A stretch of DNA of 64,000 nt from Lophium mytilinum. Taxonomy: Eukaryota. Positions 23,116 through 36,101 of the stretch are shown here, one piece after another; position 1 is the first letter of the stretch; every line of letters begins with the position of its first letter. The translations under genes and the position numbers were made by a program. The stretch is taken from assembly GCA_010093605.1 (NCBI GenBank), contig MU004185.1:393334-457333 (forward strand). Direction: 5' to 3'. The notes beneath the pieces are model-generated. The model was not told the origin of the DNA. It saw nothing but the letters and a program-made list of their open reading frames with translations, and did not search any database.

Positions 23116-24945
23116 ATGGGTCGCAGGAAAATAGAAATCAAGGCCATCAAGGATGACCGCAACCGTTCTGTGTGAGTAGTCTCCTCCCGTCGGTTAGCAG
23201 TGTCGTTAGGCCTCGTCTTCGACCAGTGGCTAATGTCTCATCGCGCAGCACGTTCCTCAAGCGCAAGGGCGGGCTCTTCAAGAAGGCCCACGAGCTCTCC
23301 GTGCTGTGCAAAGTGGACGTTGCGGTTATCATCTTTGGCCACAACAAGAAGCTGTATGAGTTTTCGTCTAACGACATCAACGAAACCATCGGCCGCTTTC
23401 AATACGTTAGTGTCCATCTCGTTCTTCCCGGGAGCGACAGCTAACCGTCTTCTTTAGTATGGCGGCGCACACGAGCACAAGGGGCCTGAGGACTTCATGG
23501 GCAAGAAGGAGGGCGACGATGAGGACGAAGAGGACGAGATAATGGGCGGCTCGCCACCGCGCGACTCACACACTCCTCCCGAGCATATGATGCCCCACCC
23601 CCATCTCCACAACCAAGCCGCGTTCCAGCACATGAGGAACCACGCACCCAGCGCTTCCCCTCCAATCGGGAACGGTCAGATTCCCTTCCACAACCGTCAT
23701 TCATCGCCCGCCCCACCAGGCATCTCCCGACCCAACTCTCGCGCAGCACACATCCGTCGCCAAAGCTCGAATCTCGTCCCTCCCCACCATCAGCAGCAGT
23801 CGCAAGCCCCTCTCCAACCTGACAATTATGCCTTCGTGCCAAACCCGCCTTTTTACAACCCTCAGGCCGCTCAAGGAATGCCCGCTAAGGGTACGCCAGG
23901 GCCTCCAGGGCCTCCGCCGCAATTCCAATACCCGCAAGTCCAGCAGTTCCTCCATCAGCAACAGCAGGAACATAGGCGGCAGTCAATGCCGCCAGCGTTT
24001 CCGCAAGACAACCGCTCCCAATCGTCCATGCCGCATCCTTCTCCTCCCCAGCCCCAACCTCCGCCCCAGCAAAACAACATGCAAAATCAATTTCAAAGCC
24101 CTCCCCTACCCCAGCCAAAACCACTCCCATCAGCTGCAAAGCAACATAGCATTTTCACTCCCATAGAAGATAGCCGATCAATGCTGGCCCAACATTGGGG
24201 CAACAGCAACAATATTGAAGCACCTCGCCCAGAAGGCCCTGTGAAGCTCGAAATGGGGCCACGGTCCCAGTCTATCGACGTTGCATCCATGGCTCGGGCA
24301 CAAGCGAATGGACATTCCCCACCTCAACCACGCTCCCAACTACCGCCAAATCAACCTCAGCGAACTGCCTCGACATCTTCGGTGCCCAACTTTGGTCCTC
24401 CTTCGCGGACGAACAGCATGCAGACCGATCCGAAGCGACCAAAGCTAACAGTGCAGATTCCTAGCGAGCATTCAGACGCTGGGAGCGCAACTGCTGATTC
24501 TTCGCCCAAAGAATCAGGGACCACGGGCGCGACTCCAGCGAGGACAAGCACGGTAGATTCACACTCATCAGGAGTTTTGCTTCCTCCACCGTCGCCAAGC
24601 GCAAATAGTCTCATGAGTGCTGGGGCTACCGGACCACCAAACCCATTTGCACGGCCTCCTCCTCCAGGCCAGAACAATTCCTACGGGAGTAGGAACGAAA
24701 TGGAGACACCATCATCTGCTCTCCCCAGTCACTTTGTCGAAGGAATCCTTCCCTCGCCCTCCAACTTCTATGCACCATGGACCCCCTTTAGTAGAGAATC
24801 CAACAATATGCTTCCAAGTCCTCTCACGTTTCAAACGCCTGTCGTACCCAATGGGCCTAGTTTTGGGAGAGAAGACCCCACTGATCGGAAGCGCAAACCC
24901 TCCGAGGAGTCGGACTCGGGGGCTACGAAAAGAATGAAGGGATAA
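23116..24945 (+). CDS. rlmA: MEF2-type MADS-box transcription factor (Rlm1/RlmA)
   Basis: [54 protein letters not shown]; two introns; P/Q-rich tail with [12 protein letters not shown] docking motif and LPSP MAPK sites. Confidence 0.95.
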
Positions 24946-26367
24946 ATGTCACGGTGTCATGTCTAGCTTCAACGGCCTTATACGCAACGTAGGCCGCATC
25001 ATGTGGGGAATGACGAATCTACAAGTTACGTCCCATCCGTCCTCACCGGGGTGTCTATGTTCTTGTATTCTTCCGGGGTTGTCTTACAGGGGGTAAAAGG
25101 GTGGTGTGCTTGTTATATTTGTCGGTATCCATTTCCTTGCTGTACTACTTACCTACGTTCGTTTCTGTTTAAAGCGCATTGTTTGTCTGAATTTCTTCAT
25201 ATTTTTGGGAACAGTTATGGAGCCTGGAGCCGGTTTCGGATACCCTGGGGATGGTCACGATCGTTTTTTTTCGTCTTTAGGATTTGCGACCACCGCTCAG
25301 CGGAGGGACGCTGCCAAGGCCGGCGCGATTCGTGGTCATGTCCTCTTTCTTTCGCTCTTCGGAATGGGCTGAGCCTAGGTGCATTGCTTTTGTCGTTATG
25401 CTGTGCTTCTTGGGGCTTCTGTGCCGCCCGGTATCCAGGAGATGGTGGTTTGGGGCGACGGAATGAGGTTACGGGGTATGTATGCGATGTGGTGCAGAGA
25501 ATAAGAACATGATCCGGTGTAAATACTTGAATGTCGCGAAGTTTGCTCACAGACCTGGAGAATTGTGCTTGACTTTGGTGATTGAGAGGCTGTGAATATT
25601 AGGTTACTTACACAGGTATGCTTTACTGCATAAACGGGAAGCAGGCTGAAGTCGATAAGCTGATGAAGGCAAACAGAGAATATGCAACCCTGCCCGGGGA
25701 TTTTGGCCAAATTAAAGATTCTTATGCGAGGTGCTCAGGCTCGTCTCTGACTCATGAGAGCTACCTAAATGACCTCCCATGGTAACATTGCAGTCTAAAC
25801 TCTAGAGGCCAAAGGTATGATATGGTTTTGGAGTAATAGATCCTTCCAAGCCTTATACAGTAAAAGAGCAGTACGCCATCAGCAGTTCTATGTAGAAACC
25901 TCGAAACGGCAAAAGCGGTAGATCCTTCGCCGTTCCATTAATAGAGGCCGCTATGCATGACCCATCCCAGCGCGTTGCTACCAAAATCCACCTGACAGGT
26001 CGAATCCCAAGCCCCACCAACTTGGCAAAGACCCCTCGCCCCGTTCCTCGCCCCGACCCTCACTGACGTTCGCGGACTCGGAACTGTGAATCGTCCACCT
26101 CTATAAATTGCTACCTCTACCATCCAATTATTACTACCAGGAGCCCTCTACGCCCTCTCGCATTGAACGGCCAATCTAATTGTGCGCCTCACATAGCCCG
26201 CCGTCATCTGGCTGCCAACAAGCACTGCAGTGGAACCGGGATTCTGACCGGCATCACTCGTCAGCCGCACGAGGCTGTGGGAGCCCTGGAGCCTCATCTG
26301 CTGTTCTATAACCCACCTCTCTCCTCTACGAACCCTAGATCAACCCTCTCCATATACCTCTCCCACA

Positions 26368-27788
26368 ATGGCATATAACAAGGGCTACAATCCCGATGCG
26401 CTGCCCGCTCATGCTGAGCCCGAGCAGGTCAGACTCTCCAGCCCCGATGCGACCCCACCACACCTCGCCCTCAATGTATCCACTGCGATCTAGACTAACA
26501 GAGCCCTAGGCTGCTGCCATGATGGCTCAACAGCAAGCCTCTTCGCGACCTCCCCCTAACAAGTCAAACTCCCGCCCCGACTACGGCAAACCCCCTCCAT
26601 CTGTTCCCTCCCACCAACTGCGGCCCGACGACCGCTACGGGCGACCTCATAGTAACAGCTACGGCCAAGGTGCAGGTGGTAGGGACCCCTATGCCGACAG
26701 GCCACCGCCAGGCGCGTATAATGATAGACCCCCTCCACAAGCCGGGTACGGCGATCGCCCCACCGGCTTCAACGACGGGCGGACGCATAGCCCGCGTTAC
26801 GACCAGCATCCTTCGAGGTACGACTCGTACGGCGTAGGATCGCCGCCACCGCAAAGTTATGGCCAGGGACCTCCGCCCGCAGGCTATCACAACCGACCGC
26901 CGATTGCAAACAGGCCTCCTCCGACACCTGCCCCTCCAAGGGACGGAAATGATAGAGAGGGGCTTTGGAAGCTGTTTGGGACGGTTGATAAGGATGGTAC
27001 GCGACTTCTTACCATCGTGTGATTGGTAGCGCTTTTAATGAGAATATGAGGGTTAACGCTGTGGCAGGAAGCGGGCAATTGTCTGAAGCTGAGCTTCGAA
27101 CAGCGCTAGTGAATGGTGACTGGTCTCCATTCGATCCGCATACTGTGCGAATGATGATAAGGTATACCAAGCAGCTGTCCCCGCGCTGAGAGCCTTGTAC
27201 GTCGAGGACGCGCGCTGACTTGAATGAAGAATGTTCGACACGGACCGTTCGGGCGCTATAAACTTTGACGAGTTCTGGTACAGCACTCACCCCATGGAAT
27301 AATCTAGCACGTGTGCTAATGTGTTGAAAAGTGGTCTCTGGGGATTCCTCTCTGCCTGGCGCAGCTTGTTTGACCGCTTCGACGTGGATCGCTCGGGCAG
27401 CATCTCCTTCAAGGAGTTCAGCGATGCGCTCATTGCGTTTGGCTACCGTCTCTCTCCCCAGTTCGTCACGCTCCTCTACCGCACATACGACCGGCGCGGC
27501 GAGAATGCCATCAGCTTCGACCTGTTCGTTCAAGCTTGTATTAGCTTGAAACGCATGACAGACGTTTTCAAGAAGTACGACGAGGACCGGGATGGATATA
27601 TCACTTTGAGTTTGTACGTCTCCCTGTCTTGATCACCACCTCAAAAGCCCATCATGCGAAACCGTACTAACTCATTCTTCGACACACAGCGAAGAGTTCC
27701 TCACAGGTGCGCAAATGCTTTTCCTCTTCAACTCGATCTCGCCCGTCACTGATACGGGCTTGTATTAGAGATCATCGCGCAACGATAG
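26368..27788 (+). CDS. pef1: Penta-EF-hand calcium-binding protein (peflin/Pef1)
   Basis: Pro/Gly/Tyr-rich N-terminus; EF hands DKDGSGQLS, DTDRSGAIN, DVDRSGSIS, DRRGENAIS, DEDRDGYIT; ALVNGDWSPFDPHTV. Several introns, including two flanking a 17-nt exon at 27690-27706. Confidence 0.93.
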
Positions 27789-28819
27789 AGCACCAACTCG
27801 GGGGGCGGTACCGATCCTCCTCCGCCGCCCGCCTTTCGGCAAGGGGGGGGCGCGCGGTGATGCAGCCCAGGTAGAAGTATGTGTTTTTCATGACCTCCCA
27901 GCTTTTACAGCTGCCCTTTCTTCCCGTTTTTGGCGTCTTCTGAAATCAGGATAGGGAAGCGTTTGGGAATTAGGCAAGCGTGCGTGTAGAGATAAGCGTG
28001 TGTGTGTTTGGGGAGCAAGCTAGGCTGTCTCTGCGCAGTATCAGTATTCGCAGGTTGCTGAGAACCATGGAATGAGACGGGTGGGGGGGACCGGGGGTAT
28101 GCAGGCTTTGATACCCGGCCATGGATACTCAGAATTACGGCCTTGACTCTATCTCTCTCGCTTCTTTCTGCATGCAACCGTCGCCTAGGTTCAGCATCCC
28201 TGAGAACCAGAAATACGTGCCGACGCATCCGCGGACGGCATTTGTGGATGCGCCTGCCTGCTTTGCTTTGCTTTACATATAAGCTTACATTCCTTTATAA
28301 TAGTGGATTTGGTACTGATGCACTACTACCCGTCGGTCCCACGAGATTGTGAGGTTGCAGAGTCTTGAATCCTCTAGGTGGTCTAACAATTCAAGCTTGA
28401 CCTGGTTTAGGGCAGCATATGTCGTGAAGCAGGCTGGTGAGATTCTACATCCTTGTGGAGCTTGATCTGCCGCACATTCCAGCGTCTCGTTTCCTAGTAC
28501 GCGCTGAATCAGGCCACTAGACTAGGCTAGGGGGAGCAATGTGAGTGAATGAATAGGAGCTAGCTAGCCCACACACTCTCCTGATCTTGATGATGGCTGA
28601 GAAGTGAGGCTGTTGAAACGATACCGAACCTGTCCTGGTTCAGCGAAGAGAGCGTCAAGGATCCTCCAGCCTACCCCCCCCCCAACCCCCCCTCCCCCCT
28701 TTACCCAGCAGTTCCGTGAATTGCGCAGTACGCGCCCCACGCGACCTTGCTTTGCTACCACGCTCTCATCTCATAGAGCTGGCCACGCACGGTAGGAAAG
28801 AGGCCGCTTCGTGCGGGTT

Positions 28820-30600
28820 TGTGGGAAGAAGGTGCGGATTTGACCGTGTGAGGGGGTTTGGTGGCTGTGGCGGGCATGCTGCGTCTAACCTTATTATTGG
28901 AAATGTAACGTACCATGCGAGAATCTGGGATGGGAGGCATAGTAGAAGGGATATGGTAGGCCATTGTGGGGTTTAAGGACATGGATTGGGGAGGTTTGAG
29001 GACACGCATTGGGGACTTTTTCTTGCAAAAGGTTACAGATTGAACCGTGTGAGGAGGTTTTTAGTAGACGTGGCGCCGAGGCTGCGTGGGACGTGTAGAG
29101 ATGCTTTAAGAGGAAAAGAGACGGGGTTTAAGGAGGTGAATAGGAGAATGAGGGGCCCTATATGCTAGGCTGTTGCCGGACGAATTGCGAAGATTTGATG
29201 CAAAGAGTTACAGATCTAACCGTGTGAGCAGGGTTTTGATGGACGCGGCGGGGAGGCTGCGTAGGACGGTGTGTAGTTACTTCGAGAGGGAAGGAGACTG
29301 GCTGAAGTAGGTAAGTGAAGGTGAACGAAGAGGGCGCCCTATCTGCTAGGCCGTTGCTGGACGCGTTGCGCACTTTTGTTGCAAAGAGTTACAGATTCAA
29401 CCATGTGAAGGGGTTTTTGATAGGTGTGATTTGGAGGCTGCGTATGATGGTGTGTAGATGCTTTGAAAGAGAAGAGCAACGGTGAGTGAGAACAAGTGAA
29501 TAGGAGGAGGTGAAGGAAGAGGGGGCCTATCTGGTGAGCACTCACTGGACGAATTGCGGACTTTTATTGCAAAGAGTTACCGATCGAACCGTGTGAAGGG
29601 GTGTTTTTGGTAGACGTGGCGTACGCACTGGCTGAACGCTCGGTGGTTACCTCAAGTTACGAAAGCGGCGGCCTTGGTGTCGGTGAACAGTGAATGTGGA
29701 GGAAGTGGGAGGCGAATTAGGGGTGGTCGTCGTGGTCGCATTGGCTCATTTCCTGCAAATCTTCACCGATCGGACCGCGGAGAATCGTTTCTTGTAGATG
29801 TGTGTACGCGCTGGGTAGGACGTTTCGTGGTCAGTTTACTTTGCGAAAGCGACAGCCTTGATTTCGGAGTATAGTAGATAGCGGAGGAATTAGGAGGCGG
29901 ATTTAGGGGTGCCGGTGGGGACGCATTCCCTCAATTTGTTGCAAATACTCACAGATCGAACCGCGTATAATCGTTGTTCATGGATATGGCGTACCCGCTG
30001 GGTAGGACGTTTCGTAGTTACTTTAATTTACGAAAGGAACGAGCTTGATCTCTGTGAATAGTAGATGTGGAGAAGTGGGCCACAAATCTGGGGGTACCCG
30101 TGTGGACGTATTGGCTTAATCTTGTTACAAACATTTACAGATCGAACCGTGCAGAAATTCTTTTGATAGACGCGGTGTGGCCTACTATAGTAACGCATCT
30201 CGTAGTTGTTTCAAGGCATGAAACCAACCGCCTTAGCTTCGACGAATGGTAGAAGAGCAAGGAAGAGCGGGACCAATTTTACGATGCTCCGCGTAGACCC
30301 ACCGCCTTAACTTTTTACAAGCAGTCACTGATTCATCTGTGCGAAGCTTTCAGAAATGTATCACTTAGACGCCGCGTCCTACGCGGCGTAGTTGCTTTTC
30401 AAAACAGAAGCAACGGGCCTAAGTTTCGGAGATTGGGAAAGGGAAAGGAGCAAAAGGCCAATTCAGAAGCCTCCGCGTGCATGTATTGCCTCGATGTCTT
30501 GCAAATATTCACATATCTACCTATGGAGATTAGCGTTTATTAGACGCGGCATTGACACTACGTCTAGTCGTCGTGGTCGTTTCTTTGGGCACAAGCGACG
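28820..30600. repeat. Degenerate tandem array of ~10 units of ~175-200 bp
   Basis: Landmark T(G/A)CAAA-n-ACAGATCGAACCGTGT-like motif at 29024, 29199, 29380, 29568, 29754, 29940, 30126, ~30316 and ~30500, plus a partial unit at ~28835. No long ORF. Confidence 0.85.
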
Positions 30601-31420
30601 GGTTCGAGAGGTTGCAGCCACAGTGACCGGTGAAAGCGGTCTGTCCTAAACAGAGCAGAAACACGTCAAGCATGTGACACTCATGACTAGTTAGCTTCGA
30701 GTTTTGAGTGTCGAGCTGCGTTATGAAAGAAGGTTCGTGGTTTGAGGTAAGGAGCAGAACTCACCTTTTGGAGGTCTGCGGTAGTCGATGTGAAGCAGTC
30801 GATATAAAACAAGGGTATGGAAGGGCTGATCAATGTTACATCACTACCCAGTTGGATGGTTTTGCATGGAAAAGACCTCGGGGAAAACCTTCATTGGAAG
30901 GGGCTGGAGCAATATAGGTCAAGATGAAGAATGAGATAAATCAAGACGGTCGCCAGCTGAATCTCTCTCCTTACAAGCTCTCTGGTAATGTGATGAGGTT
31001 ATACTGGTCGTTACTGAGACTGTCATAGGATGACGAGACTTTTTGACAAAAAAATATGTTCGATCACAAAGTAGTGAACGGCTGCGGCTTCAGCTTGAGA
31101 AAAGTGAGAAGAACTGAGGCGAAAAATTCTGACTTGCCAGCATTCAAACACACTGAGCAATTTATTAAAGGTTTCAAATTCCTCTAGAGCTCCCGTAGTA
31201 TCGCAAATGCAAATTAATGAAGTGGATCTTTCACCTAGATTACGTCTACGAGGAATGATCATGTCTTGCAGAGTTGCTGTAGTGTCCGGATCTTGCAGAC
31301 CCCTGGCCGGAGGGCAGGGAAGCCCTATCGACTGCCCCGTAATGCACCCTTCATGAGTGAGAAGTTGTTGACAGCTCCCAAAAGTTTATTTCAACAGGGC
31401 CCAAGAACGCCATTCGCAGA

Positions 31421-33545
31421 CTAAGAGTACCGCCGCCGATCTTCGTAGCTAGAATCATACCAACCTAGTGTGCAGTTGCTTCCACACTCCGAGCCCGAGC
31501 AAGAGCATGATTCCTCATCCTCATCCGTGCTCGCCTCGTCTGATTCGAAGAGCTCGTTTCCCCAGACCGAAGGCTCTGATTCGTAGAAAGGAGACGGAAG
31601 CTCGTGCACCATGCCTCCAGCCCAATTCCCATATCCGTCCGCCCATTGGAAGTAACTCAAGTTGAATCCATTGAGATATGAGGGACCATCAGTGAAAATG
31701 CTTGCGAGCTCCCATGGACGGCGGACCAAGGCCATGTGGTGGCCACCGATAGTTTGCAATTTTGGACAGTGAAAGTCAAGGAAGGCGATTGCGGGCGAAG
31801 TCCCCTCCGTGGGTCTGAAAGTTTCGTAGAAGGAAATGTCCAAGTTGGTAAGGTTCGGGAATAACGGTCGTTCTCTAAGGTGGTCTAAAGCGCGAAGATC
31901 CACATTGGGCATGAATAAAATGTGAGTCAGCGCACGGCAATGTGTCCCTAGTGCAACTAAAGACGCAGCAGATAGCTTCGATTTAAAGTCTCTCGTGGTG
32001 CAAAACTCAAATGATGATAGTTGAGGTAACTTTCGGGCAAGCTGTTCCATATCAGAATCTTCGAGGTTCACATCGGTGAAACTCGGCAGATTCTCGACTC
32101 CCCATTCAATGTCTCCTATGTTCCCGAGTGTAAAATGCAGGATCTCAAGATGCGGGTGATACGTTGCTATGCTTTCCAATAGAGAGGCGGTAATGGGCAA
32201 CTGTGTACGATTCCGTCTGGAACCATACGGACCATATTGATGTCCCCCAAGCAAGAAGTGTTCTGGTGGTATGGGTATTACACACACTTTGAGAGTACGG
32301 AGTTCCGAGAAGTGCGTGATAGCGTCGAAAAGTAGATCAGCCATTTGTTGTCGCTCTGGAAGCGTTCCTTCTACTCCATTACAGCATGTCATCTCGAGGC
32401 TCGTAAGTATTGGGACCACGTGGCACATCCTTATTAGCACCCAGATTGAGCTCGAGATGTTAAGACTGCGAAGATTGGCAAACTGTGAAGGCTGCAACCT
32501 GCTTTCGAATGCGTTCCATTGGCTGAGTGATGCAAAGCGAATTTCCAGTCCGAGACTTTGCAGTTGTGAATAATGGAAAACCTGAAGTAAATAGTCTGAT
32601 GGGAAGAAATACCCTAAGCGGGCGATGTCAAGATGCTTGATTGACGAGAGGTCGTTGAAGGAGCTGAGTAGAGCTGGATAACTATCCAGGCGGAGAGGTC
32701 CTGGCGACCGATACCACCCCTGTGACCAATGAGCAATTGTGACCTTCGTCACTTGATTGCAACGTTTCTACATAAACATGTCAGTGGCACAATTTCGATG
32801 ATTGTTGATCTCGCAACTTAGAGAAGAGCGCAGCAGTATTCGCTAGGTTGCTGGGCGCCCAAGATTGAAAGGTCGACAGGAAGACGTGGTGGCGGTGCCA
32901 GCGAATAGAAAACTCTACATCATGCTGAGTCGGGGCGAGGACCTTTTCGCTTCCTCCATAGGACTAGAAATGCAGCATACAGACAGACTGAGCGTTGAGC
33001 AAAGTCAACCAGGCAATGATACAAAAGCTAAGAAACACCGACTAAAATAGACATAAACAAAAGACTTCTCGTACCGCAATCAACTCTAGCAGAGGTGGGA
33101 AACAGTCCATAGTGGGAAGCTCAAGTTCGATATTTTGCAAAGTGGACGGAAACAAAGGATCAAAACTAGCGTCGCAGATTACTGGCAGGCGCCATACACT
33201 CAGGCGCCATCCACTGACGTTTCCTATGACCTTCACCGACTTTAGTCTTGGGAAGACAAGTGATCTGTGTTTCACAAGTGATAGCGTTGTATTGGCGCCG
33301 TCTTCGACGTCGACGATCGGGACTGAGCATTTCCGCACTTTATCGGCGTAATATTGCTGGCGTTCAGGATGCACATTCTCGAGTGGTAGCTCGCCGACTT
33401 CAGTCCATTGGATTGTGGTTGATTCATACTCCCAGAGGCTATTCACAAGCATACAGTTGAGGAGTGGCTGATCGTCATGTACGTGCTGAAGTATCGTCGA
33501 TAGAAGCTCTGGAAGAGCGAGGACGTGCTGTGCTGCCGTTCCCAT
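31421..33545 (-). CDS. F-box-like / LRR-like protein
   Basis: N-terminal AAQHVLALPELLSTILQHV..L.NCMLVNSLW (fungal F-box-like); intron 32768-33074 joins LIA/KRCNQVTKV in frame; LxxLxI repeats; acidic tail. Confidence 0.72.
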
Positions 33546-33855
33546 CTTATCGTGCAATTATCTGGTGTAGGGGTAGGTGCTCGGAGCCAAAACCCAATCT
33601 GATGTAGTTCTTATATGACTCTGGTTATTTGCAGTCGGGCGTGTGAGCTTAATAAGGAAGCTTGAGCGAATGTCGAAGCATGTTGTTGCCTGAACATAGC
33701 CTCGCGATGAGGTCCAAATGCCAAGGCTGAGCACAGGCCACACGGCCTTTAATTTCTTCCAAGAGCTCAAGCTGCCTTTCACCTATTAACGTGAACATTC
33801 TCAACCGCATCTTCAACCATACGCCTCAACGCCCGGCTGCTCAATTACGTTCAGT

Positions 33856-36101
33856 ATGGGTAAGGAAGGCAAGCGTCGCAAGCGCAACCTTGAGGACTAC
33901 GAGGAGCGCAACGCCGACTTCGGTTTAGGCGCAACCGTCGCGATGCTCAAGGGATCCAACGCCACATCGCCAGACTCGGACGCTGTCAACCAAGAAAATG
34001 GAGAGGAAGATGGATGGCAAAAAATCGGCAAGAATGGACGCCCTGTACGCCCGGAGAAGAGGGCGAAGTCCAGCAAGGGATCCTACCCTGCCATAACCCA
34101 CTCGTCGCATGCTCGAATTCAGAATCGTGTACGGATCAGCGACTTGCAAACTTTAGCGTTGTATCTACTTGCTGATGATGGACCTGCCCCTCAATGGATT
34201 TCATGTCAGCATCATCATGCGGTTAAGAAGGTTGTCGTGCTGATGGTGCCTGGCTTGGAGGCTGCTATGTTTGATGGCAAGATACCTCTCGAGTCTCCCC
34301 AACTAGCACTTGAATCTTTCGAAGATGGTGCCAAGTCTGAGTCTGCCGAGCACAGCACAGGGAGCAAGAGCTCCGGGAAACACCAGCCCGACGTGCCGCA
34401 GAAGCGACTTCACATATCGCCAGATGATTACTACCCAGTCAAGCTCAAATCTGAACAACTTCCAGAACCACTGAAGCCACTCGCGGCTATGTTTCCTCAC
34501 ATCTGGCCCGTTAGAACTCCTGGGGATGAGAAGACAATGCGCATACATTCTCCAATGCAAGCCATGCTATCGGCATCCATTCCATTAACACCAGAGGAAA
34601 AGCTGATGAAGAAAGACAAGCGGCACAAGGGTCCGATTCCTCAAAACAATAAGGTCTGGAAGAACGAACGCACCGCTATTACAGAGTATGTTGCGAGTCT
34701 CCCAGAACTGCAAGAAAACGAGTATGTCATTCACCCCGCATGGTTTACAACTGGAGAACGGCAGGCGGATGCGCTTGCGAAGAGGAAGGCTGCAAAACAA
34801 TCTGCTGATCATGGGTGGGTCGACACAAATGTGTCGCGATTAGAAGACGGAGAAGTACCGGAGAAGGAGATTGAAAGTGGAAGCATCACCGCGGGGAGAA
34901 ATGTAATCACAATGGACTGCGAGATGTGCAGAACCGAAGAAGGCACAGAGCTTACGCGCATCAGCTTGGTTTCATGGGATGGAGCTATAATCATGGACGA
35001 ATTGGTCAAGCCGGCATCACAAATAACTGATTACCTTACGGCGTGAGTATTTTAGGCCCCGCGCTGACTGACTCGATGCTGACGCCGCTTAGATATTCTG
35101 GAATTACGCAAGAACTACTGCAAAACGTCACCACTAGTCTATCTGATATACAGGCGCGTCTTTTGGAGCTAATCACCCCCCGTACTATCCTCGTCGGTCA
35201 TTCTCTCAACTCGGATATGAATGCACTAAAGATGACTCATCCCTTTATCGTCGACACTTCGATCATCTACCCCCATGCACGCGGGCCACCGTTCAAGCAA
35301 TCCCTGAAATGGCTGTCGCAGAAGTACCTTTCTCGGGAGATCCAGAAGAACCACGGCCAGACTGGACACGACAGCAACGAGGACGCACGTGCTTGTCTTG
35401 ACCTTGTCAGACAGAAGTGCGAGAAAGGACCGAAATGGGGCACTAGCGAAGCTACCACAGAGTCGATCTTTAAGAGGCTGGGCAGGGCTCCGAGACCGCA
35501 TCATCTCCAGGCGAATGGCGAAGAGTTCAGGTCGGGGGCGGTAGTTGATTGGGGCGATCCATCACGCGGCTATGGAGCCCTCGCACGCGTGGCGATTGGC
35601 TGCGAAAATGATGCTGATGTAGTGGCAGGGATTAAGAGAGCTATAGAGGGACAAGACCTTGACGAAGCTCCTGCCGGCGGTGTAGACTTTGTCTGGGGAC
35701 GACTGCGCGAACTTGAGGCTAAGCGAGGATGGTGGACCAGGAGCAAGACGGACGACAATGCGGAACTCCGGGATAATGCTATGGTGTCATCGTCAGGCGT
35801 TAAGGACGCAGCGGGCGAGGCCAGTGGGCCAGCGCTTTACGAGGCAGTCGCCAAAACGGTTGGTGATATTGCTGCGATCTTCGAGTCACTGCCACCTTGC
35901 ACAGCATTCATGGTCTATAGCGGCACAGGCGACCCGCGGGAGACGGCGCGGTTGCAGGCGATGCAGCAGCAATATCGCAAGGAGTATCAGATCAAGAAAT
36001 GGGACCAGCTCAGCGTCAAGTGGACGGATAGGGAAGAACAGGCGCTGCGCAAGGCGTGCTGGCAGGCGCGCGACGGCATTGGGTTCGTCGTCGTGAAGTG
36101 A
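33856..36101 (+). CDS. REX1: DEDDh 3'-5' RNA exonuclease (Rex1/Rnh70 family)
   Basis: MDCEMC, LTRISLV, DYLT/.YSGIT, ILVGHSLNSD, IVDTS, GHDSNEDA motifs; intron 35043-35092. Confidence 0.92.

Noticed and set aside
28820..30600. CRISPR-like interpretation of the tandem array
   Set aside because: Eukaryotic locus; whole units are homologous rather than identical repeats with unique spacers; no cas genes.
30918..31020. Second C/D snoRNA candidate (ATGAAGA...CTGA...GTGATGA...CTGA)
   Set aside because: Box C is imperfect and the putative guide matches 25S CGACCCGUCUUGA only with a gap; insufficient support.
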